A stretch of 64,000 nucleotides of DNA from Bacteroidota bacterium (GTDB taxonomy: Bacteria > Bacteroidota > Bacteroidia > 2-12-FULL-35-15), in assembly GCA_017303895.1 (NCBI GenBank), contig JAFLBF010000006.1, positions 78,618 through 142,617 of the forward strand, in the 5' to 3' direction. Below, piece by piece: positions 57,830-64,000 of the stretch. How positions within the stretch are numbered: the first letter of the stretch is position 1; each line of letters begins with the position of its first letter. The notes beneath the pieces are model-generated. The model searched no databases, was not told where the DNA came from, and saw nothing but the letters and a program-made list of their open reading frames with translations. Made by a program: the position numbers and the translations under genes.

Positions 57830-60800
57830 TTAGAAGTATGCTCTAACCTGCGCGCCTCCTGTATGGATGGTTTTGCTCTTTTCAGAAGAACGTCCATCAT
57901 AGGTCAAACTCAGCTGTAAATTATTTGATAAATTACGTTGATAGGAGAGTCCCCAGGTAATATTCTGACCCACTTTAAGTGCATCCAACATCTCAAAAGC
58001 AAGTGAAGTGTTTTGTAGGCCATTAAACTGTATCTGAATATAATCCACCTTCGCATTCAAACTGCCTTTGTTCAAAACATTATATTTGATCTCAGCACCA
58101 TAATCCTGTAGGGTGGCTCTTTGTGCACCCAGTTCGGCTTTGTTCTGTTTATCTGTATATCTAAACGAAACACTTGCCCTGAAAGAGGTGTTGGGCTGGT
58201 AATTGATCTTAGGCTCTAACTCGTAAAAAGTGATCTCATAATCTCTGGAACTGAAAAATTGTGAACTGCTGGCTTTAATACCCGACTTACCGGATGCATT
58301 CAGGCTAAATTTTTGAGAAATATTCCATCGTAAGCGACCTTCATAATATTGGTTTTTTCGTGCCTCAAATCCATTTACGAGTAAAGATTTGTTCCTAACA
58401 TCCTGAAAAGTGATATCCAAACCAAATACGGGACTAAGTTGATTGATGAACAGGGTGTTTCTGAATAATGAATTGAGCGTCATTAATGTGCTATCATTTG
58501 TTTCAGCTAAAAAAGGATTATATGCTTTGCTGATATCATCCTCATTTGATTTTCTGTCGATTCGATAGGAAGTTTGATTGGAAAATCTTGAAATGAATTT
58601 TTTAAATCCTTTTTTATTGGCCCATATCACTCCCGGTTTGATGGTAAGCGTCTGGCTGAATTGATTCGTGTACGTCTTTACATATTCATTCGTGGGAGTA
58701 TACACTTTTATGTATGTTGCCTGATCGGGGAAGGCTGATATTTCAAACTCATTTAATTCTTTTATTCCGTTCTCATTATAGTCGATCCAGGTATAAATAC
58801 CTTGTCCGGGTGCTACCTCCAGGTAGGAAAATTCCTTTTTGATCTCTAAACCCGATCCAATTTCATAAAATGTATTTGAATAAATAACTCCCTTTAAAAG
58901 TCGAACATTGTATTCAATTCTTCCAACCAATGAATTATCCTGCTTTTGAGAAGTGATCGTAGAATCAATGATCTGCAGTCGTCTGTATGCTGCATTGATC
59001 TTTAATTGATTGTTTGGGTTTTTGATCAATTCAAAAAAGCCGCCATAGCTTTCTGCAAAAGCTGCACGCGAAAGCGTAGAGTTGGTAGCTGAATTTTTTA
59101 CGGCATGATCGGTGCGCTGTTTGTAGTTGATGCCATATCTGTTTTGGGTGGTATCGCTGTTTTGTGCAAACGCTTGCCATTCCCAGAATTGATAGCTGTT
59201 AACGAGTAATGAATCTTTTTTTGTTAGTGAGAATAAGTTTTGTTCAAATTCATCTTTTGCTCCGATTGTGATCCATTTTATTTTTTGTGAAACAAAACTT
59301 TTATGTCTGTAAAAAGTGGTGTTTTGATTGCTTGCAGAACTTAATAAGCTTCCATCATAGCGGATATTTAACCCTTTGTTCGAGTAGTTAAGGTTGGCCA
59401 TGTGTTTGTTGGCGCTGTAATTCGTTTCTTCTAAAAAGGCATTGAATTTATAACCAATGGCTCCCATTCCTTTTTGAACCAAACCAATTCCTGCTCCGAT
59501 AATATGCTGGTCTTTATTCGCAGCAGCGAGTGTTACCCTGTTCCAATCCCTTTCAAATTCAATGCTTCTAAAACGTTCTATTGGAGAAAAATATTTTTGT
59601 ACAAACTCGTAATTTACATTACTAACCAAATTCAGTTCATGTGATGTAGAATCAGCTGATTTTGTTTTTTGCAAAAGTAATGCATTGTCAAAATTTACTT
59701 TCAAACCATACCCAATATCATCGTTACTATTGTAGGAAGAGAAGGTGTTGATGTCATTATTCGTAAGAGCAGCTTCAATATTTAGTTTACTTTTTTTAGA
59801 AAAATCATAATCGATCCCGGCAGTTACCATTTGTTTTTTCTTAGGTGTGATCAGCTGTACAACAGGTTCGAAATTTCCTTGTGGTGTATTGGTGATGGTG
59901 TCGGGCATTACCCACTTAAATACTTTTCCGTTGGCACTTGAATTTATTTGAATATAATTTCCCCTGTTACTGCCAACATTACTAAACGTTACCCTGTAAC
60001 GAGCACTGTCGGCATTGGTGTTGTAAAAGAACACATTTTGAAATGTACGTGTGCCGATCGTGGTGTCAGTTTTAAAATATAACACTTCGCTATTTGTAAA
60101 TGCAACACTGTCAAAGCTTGGTGTTACTGCAAGCGATAAGGTGTCTCCGATATTTCCAAGTAAGGCTTTTTGCTCAGGAGTTAGATCCTGTTGCAAAGGT
60201 TGGTTTTTACTATCCTGTTCGGAATAAATATGTAGATGTAATTTTAATTTTCCTTGTTCATAGTCATTTCCAAAATGTACGAGTGAACGAGCATAGTTTT
60301 TGTCGGAGTATTGAAACTCCACTACGATCCTTTTGTCTTTGGTGATGAGTTGTTTTGCTGTAAATGTGATCTCAGCAGTGTTGTAATTTATGATGTAATC
60401 ATTTTCTTGTCCTCTATCCAATAGACGACCATCGATATACACTTTTTCTGTTCCGGATAAAACGATAATAAACAATTCATTTTCTGCTCCTCTTAAGCGG
60501 TATGGGCCTTGGTTGCTTTCAATTCCCTGTATTTGATTTCGTGCAAATTTACCTCTCGAAACTGCTGCACTTAAGCTCGTTGAATAAGTTCCCTGCTTTT
60601 CTTTTTTATTTTCATTGGTAGTGAGTGTTGTTGAGAAATTTAATCCCTGTGCTTTTTTATAGAAATTCATAAAATAGCTTTTAGGGCGGGTCATTTGGAA
60701 GTCGCCAGCAATCAATTTTGTTTTGTTTTTGGATAATTGGATAAATACTTTATCAAATTCCTGAAGTTGTTGGGTATTCCCATCGGGTTGAATAGGGATG

Positions 60801-61399
60801 TTGTTATCTGTTGCTGCCAATAAGATCTCAATATCGTTGTTTAGTTTTCCGGATAATTGTAAGTTCAAATTCGAATTAACAACCATATCCTGATTGCTAC
60901 CGATGGTAATTCCCCTTGAAATACTTCCGGTTTTATTTAAACCATCCATTTTAAAGATATCATCATTTTTATTGTCGATCGTATATGCGAAAGGGTTTAT
61001 AAATCCTTTGTTGTCGGGACGTATATTCTTAATGTCTTTGTGTTTTGTTTCCTGTGTAAATAAATGCGGGAATGTTTTGTATTCTGTATTGATCGAATCC
61101 AACACAAGGTTCTCCTTCGCTATTTTTTTTCTATTCAGTATGAGTTTTCCGTTAGCATAGTCAATATGAAACAAGCTGGTGTCGATCATTGTCCCATCGC
61201 TTTTTTTAATAGTTATACTACCTGGAATTAGGCTTAATGTATCCAATTGGATGGTGTCGGAATTGATCTTGATCGTTTTGGAATGCACATTCCCGTTTGC
61301 CTGTGAAAAACACAGGCCACTCAAGGAAAGGAAAAGAAATAACAATATAGATCTATGTGCAGTCACAAAATTAAAAGTACTAAATATGTTCAATAACAA
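57830..61399 (-). CDS. Large (1189 aa) outer-membrane beta-barrel-type protein of unknown function
   Basis: Signal peptide, alternating amphipathic beta-strand character throughout, and a C-terminal …GGAQVRAYF (aromatic terminal residue typical of OMPs). No recognisable catalytic motifs. Confidence 0.5.
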   Translation of the reverse strand: MLLNIFSTFNFVTAHRSILLFLFLSLSGLCFSQANGNVHSKTIKINSDTIQLDTLSLIPGSITIKKSDGTMIDTSLFHIDYANGKLILNRKKIAKENLVLDSINTEYKTFPHLFTQETKHKDIKNIRPDNKGFINPFAYTIDNKNDDIFKMDGLNKTGSISRGITIGSNQDMVVNSNLNLQLSGKLNNDIEILLAATDNNIPIQPDGNTQQLQEFDKVFIQLSKNKTKLIAGDFQMTRPKSYFMNFYKKAQGLNFSTTLTTNENKKEKQGTYSTSLSAAVSRGKFARNQIQGIESNQGPYRLRGAENELFIIVLSGTEKVYIDGRLLDRGQENDYIINYNTAEITFTAKQLITKDKRIVVEFQYSDKNYARSLVHFGNDYEQGKLKLHLHIYSEQDSKNQPLQQDLTPEQKALLGNIGDTLSLAVTPSFDSVAFTNSEVLYFKTDTTIGTRTFQNVFFYNTNADSARYRVTFSNVGSNRGNYIQINSSANGKVFKWVMPDTITNTPQGNFEPVVQLITPKKKQMVTAGIDYDFSKKSKLNIEAALTNNDINTFSSYNSNDDIGYGLKVNFDNALLLQKTKSADSTSHELNLVSNVNYEFVQKYFSPIERFRSIEFERDWNRVTLAAANKDQHIIGAGIGLVQKGMGAIGYKFNAFLEETNYSANKHMANLNYSNKGLNIRYDGSLLSSASNQNTTFYRHKSFVSQKIKWITIGAKDEFEQNLFSLTKKDSLLVNSYQFWEWQAFAQNSDTTQNRYGINYKQRTDHAVKNSATNSTLSRAAFAESYGGFFELIKNPNNQLKINAAYRRLQIIDSTITSQKQDNSLVGRIEYNVRLLKGVIYSNTFYEIGSGLEIKKEFSYLEVAPGQGIYTWIDYNENGIKELNEFEISAFPDQATYIKVYTPTNEYVKTYTNQFSQTLTIKPGVIWANKKGFKKFISRFSNQTSYRIDRKSNEDDISKAYNPFLAETNDSTLMTLNSLFRNTLFINQLSPVFGLDITFQDVRNKSLLVNGFEARKNQYYEGRLRWNISQKFSLNASGKSGIKASSSQFFSSRDYEITFYELEPKINYQPNTSFRASVSFRYTDKQNKAELGAQRATLQDYGAEIKYNVLNKGSLNAKVDYIQIQFNGLQNTSLAFEMLDALKVGQNITWGLSYQRNLSNNLQLSLTYDGRSSEKSKTIHTGGAQVRAYF

Positions 61400-61441
61400 A
61401 GCATTTTATACATTTGTTATCCTATCATAATACGTTTAAAA

Positions 61442-62209
61442 ATGACAAAAATTATAACTTATAATGTAAATGGCATCCGTTCGGCCATGAGTAAAGGATT
61501 TATGGATTGGATGAAGGCTGCAAATCCGGATATTGTTTGTTTGCAGGAAATAAAAGCAGAACCCGGGCAGATCGATGTGAGTATCTTTGAAAATGCGGGC
61601 TACCATCATTATTGGTATCCGGCTCAAAAAAAAGGATATAGTGGCGTAGCTATATTTACAAAGAAAAAACCCGATTATATTGAGTATGGCTGTGGGATAA
61701 AGGAATACGACCTGGAGGGCAGGGTGTTGAGGGCTGACTATGGCGATGTTTCGGTTATGAGTGTTTATCATCCCAGCGGTAGCAGTGGAGAAGATCGCCA
61801 GGCATTTAAAATGAAGTGGTTGGCTGATTTTCAGAAATATATTGATCAGCTGAAGAAAGAACGTCCAAAATTGATCATTTGCGGAGATTACAACATTTGC
61901 CATCAGCCGATCGATATTCATAATCCGAAAAGTAATGCCAATAGTAGTGGTTTTTTGCCCGAAGAGAGGGAGTGGATCGATAATTTCATGAAATCGGGAT
62001 TTGTTGATAGCTTCCGACATTTTAACAAAGAGCCTCATAATTACAGTTGGTGGAGCTTCAGAGCCAATGCCAGAGCTAAAAACCTGGGTTGGCGGATCGA
62101 TTATAACCTGGTCAGTAAAAACCTGGAGTCAAAAATGAAAAGAGCGGCAATTTTACCGGAGGCAAAGCATTCCGATCATTGTCCGGTGCTTTTGGAAATT
62201 GATTTTTAA
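61442..62209 (+). CDS. xth: Exodeoxyribonuclease III (AP endonuclease, EEP family)
   Basis: 255 aa. NVNGIRS, CLQE, and the catalytic Asp/His near the C-terminus (SDHCPV). Classic Xth layout. Confidence 0.9.
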   Translation: MTKIITYNVNGIRSAMSKGFMDWMKAANPDIVCLQEIKAEPGQIDVSIFENAGYHHYWYPAQKKGYSGVAIFTKKKPDYIEYGCGIKEYDLEGRVLRADYGDVSVMSVYHPSGSSGEDRQAFKMKWLADFQKYIDQLKKERPKLIICGDYNICHQPIDIHNPKSNANSSGFLPEEREWIDNFMKSGFVDSFRHFNKEPHNYSWWSFRANARAKNLGWRIDYNLVSKNLESKMKRAAILPEAKHSDHCPVLLEIDF

Positions 62210-62270
62210 TCATTCATCGTTAAAAAATCAGAAATTGTACGAAAACTGTATGATTTTTACAGATATTCTA

Positions 62271-62278
62271 TATATTTG
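62271..62278 (+). promoter_or_regulatory. TAnnTTTG -7 promoter element upstream of the substrate-binding-protein gene
   Basis: TATATTTG lies 33 nt before the ATG at 62312. Confidence 0.3.
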
Positions 62279-62311
62279 TGGTTCATGAAATTAAACTCAT
62301 AAACTATTAGT

Positions 62312-64000
62312 ATGAAAAAAGTAATTTATTTGTTATTTGCTGCCGGTTTGTTGGCATCTTGTGGAGGTGATAATAGTACTTCCGGAGAAGCTCGTAAAGC
62401 CAATGGTGGCGTATATTATGGTGGTGTATTTAGAACGAACGAGGTAGAAGATTTTAGAAATTTGTACCCACTAAACATTACAGAGGTAACTTCTCATCGT
62501 ATTGCCAATCAGGTGTATGAAGGGTTGGTGAAGTTAAATCAAGCCGATCTTACTGTTGTTCCTGCTTTAGCAGAAAAATGGGAAAAAAATGCAGATGCAT
62601 CTCAATGGACATTCCATTTAAGAAAAGGTGTTAAGTTTCATGATGATCCTTGCTTTGCTGACGGAAAAGGTCGTGAAGTAACTGCAAAAGATTTCAAATA
62701 CTGCTTTGATCTATTGTGTACAGCTAGTCCTGAGAACCAACAGTTCAACAACTCTTTCAAAGACAGAGTAGTAGGAGCAAATGAGTACTATCAGTCAACC
62801 GTTGATAAAAAGCCTATCACAGGTGGCGTTTCGGGAGTAAAAGTGATCGATGATTATACATTACAGATCAATTTGTCGACACCAAATGCCGGTTTCTTGA
62901 ATATCTTATCTACTCCTGGTGGATGGTTGTATCCTCAAGAAGCATATGAAAAATACGGTGTAGATATGCGTGTTAAATGCGTTGGTACAGGTCCTTTCCA
63001 AATGAAGAGTGTAAAAGAAGGAGAAGCTGTTATTTTGGAACGTAATCCTAACTACTGGAACGTAGATGAGCATGGTAATCAGTTGCCATACTTAGATGCC
63101 GTGAAGTATTCTTTTATCAAAGAAAAGAAATCGGAGTTAATGGAATTTAAACGTGGTAATTTGGATATGATCTTCCGTTTACCAATTGAAATGATCCCTG
63201 ATATTTTAGGTGAATTAGACAATGCAAAGCAAGGTAACCAACCGTTCGATATGCAAGTGGTTCCAGCGATGAGCGTTTTCTATTATGGTTTCCAGCATCA
63301 AAGTGATGTATTCAATAAGAAAGAAGTTCGTTTGGCATTTAACCATGCGATCGATCGTGAGAAGATCGTGAACTATACATTGCAAGGTGAAGGTATCCCG
63401 GGTAACTACGGTATCGTTCCTCCTTCTTTCAAGAACTACGATTCAAAATCTTTGAAAGGATATTCATTTGATGTTGATAAAGCTAGAAAGTATATGGCTC
63501 AGGCAGGTTTCCCTGATGGTAAAGGATTCCCTAAATTAACATTGCAGATCAATTCGGGTGGTGGAGACAGAAACGTTCAAACTGCCGAAGTGATCCAAAA
63601 AATGTTGAAGGAAAATTTGAATATTGATATTGATATCAATGTAATGCCATTTGCAGAACAGTTAGAAAGTGTTGAAACAGGAAAAGCATTATTTTGGAGA
63701 GCAGGATGGGTAGCAGATTACCCGGATCCGGAGATCTTCTTAACATTGTTCTACAGTAAACATATCCCTGCAAAATTAAGTGATAAGTCTTATTTGAATA
63801 CCACTCGTTATGTGAGTCCTAAATTCGATTCATTGTTTGTAGCTGCTCAAAAAGAAGTGGATGAAGCAAAACGTATGGCATTGTATTTACAAGCAGAACA
63901 AGTTTCTATTGATGATGCGGCTATCATGCCAATATTCTATGATGAGAACTACCGCTTAGTTCAAACGAACGTTAAAAATTTCCCTGCAAATGCAATGGAG
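62312..64000 (+). CDS. ABC transporter substrate-binding lipoprotein, family 5 (oligopeptide/dipeptide type). The 3' end lies beyond the window.
   Basis: Lipobox LLASCGG and SBP_bac_5-like sequence (…VPALAEKWE…GTGPFQ…). The frame is open to the window edge. Confidence 0.8.
   Translation, partial: MKKVIYLLFAAGLLASCGGDNSTSGEARKANGGVYYGGVFRTNEVEDFRNLYPLNITEVTSHRIANQVYEGLVKLNQADLTVVPALAEKWEKNADASQWTFHLRKGVKFHDDPCFADGKGREVTAKDFKYCFDLLCTASPENQQFNNSFKDRVVGANEYYQSTVDKKPITGGVSGVKVIDDYTLQINLSTPNAGFLNILSTPGGWLYPQEAYEKYGVDMRVKCVGTGPFQMKSVKEGEAVILERNPNYWNVDEHGNQLPYLDAVKYSFIKEKKSELMEFKRGNLDMIFRLPIEMIPDILGELDNAKQGNQPFDMQVVPAMSVFYYGFQHQSDVFNKKEVRLAFNHAIDREKIVNYTLQGEGIPGNYGIVPPSFKNYDSKSLKGYSFDVDKARKYMAQAGFPDGKGFPKLTLQINSGGGDRNVQTAEVIQKMLKENLNIDIDINVMPFAEQLESVETGKALFWRAGWVADYPDPEIFLTLFYSKHIPAKLSDKSYLNTTRYVSPKFDSLFVAAQKEVDEAKRMALYLQAEQVSIDDAAIMPIFYDENYRLVQTNVKNFPANAME

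Noticed and set aside
1-64000. Search for CRISPR arrays, tRNA or rRNA genes, and IS elements.
   Set aside because: There are no regularly spaced direct repeats. No cloverleaf-sized conserved GTTC/TTCGA segments occur in any intergenic region over 80 bp. No transposase-like ORFs are present. Intergenic regions are short (mostly under 200 bp) and explained by promoters and terminators.

Overview
This window is a low-GC Bacteroidota-type chromosomal segment, with T9SS C-terminal sorting domains on six proteins, a fused ccoNO, and KMO/kynureninase. It is densely coding on both strands, and I found no rRNA, tRNA, CRISPR array, integrase or transposase. Main blocks, left to right: (1) A kynurenine-pathway operon: kynU, a DUF1801/YdeI gene, kmo, a 99-aa ORF and a TPR protein. 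(2) hemL. (3) A phosphate-acquisition island: PiT transporter plus PhoU-like DUF47, porin O/P-like, a T9SS cargo protein, a TonB-dependent receptor, and a divergent PhoB/PhoR-like two-component system. A TGTTAA direct-repeat motif with roughly 11-bp spacing recurs upstream of three of its transcription units. (4) Housekeeping genes: a glycosyltransferase, trmB translationally coupled to an alkyltransferase-like MGMT-family gene, hemN and queD. (5) A cbb3 oxidase cluster (DsbD_2 family gene, ccoH, ccoG, ccoP, ccoQ, ccoNO, ccoS). It is separated from its Cu-ATPase ccoI by a 5.8-kb plus-strand segment. That segment encodes a split OmpA-family gene and a FixL-like PAS histidine kinase paired with a receiver–Crp/Fnr fusion regulator. 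(6) A hemerythrin-like, tandem-USP and small-protein operon upstream of ccoI. (7) An S8 peptidase with SBBP propeller repeats and a second propeller protein, both T9SS cargo. (8) An M61 peptidase, LytS and LytTR operon. (9) A cyclophilin, a cytochrome c peroxidase and an M23/LysM peptidase. (10) A minus-strand locus of T9SS cargo (BNR-repeat protein, endonuclease I protein, lamin-tail-domain protein), a TonB-dependent receptor and a 1189-aa outer-membrane barrel, facing exonuclease III. I suspect this is an extracellular-DNA scavenging locus. (11) The start of an ABC-type peptide-binding protein gene. The most novel-looking items are the FixL/FixJ–FixK-like fused regulatory pair embedded in the cco cluster, the candidate Pho-box motif, and the putative eDNA-utilisation locus.
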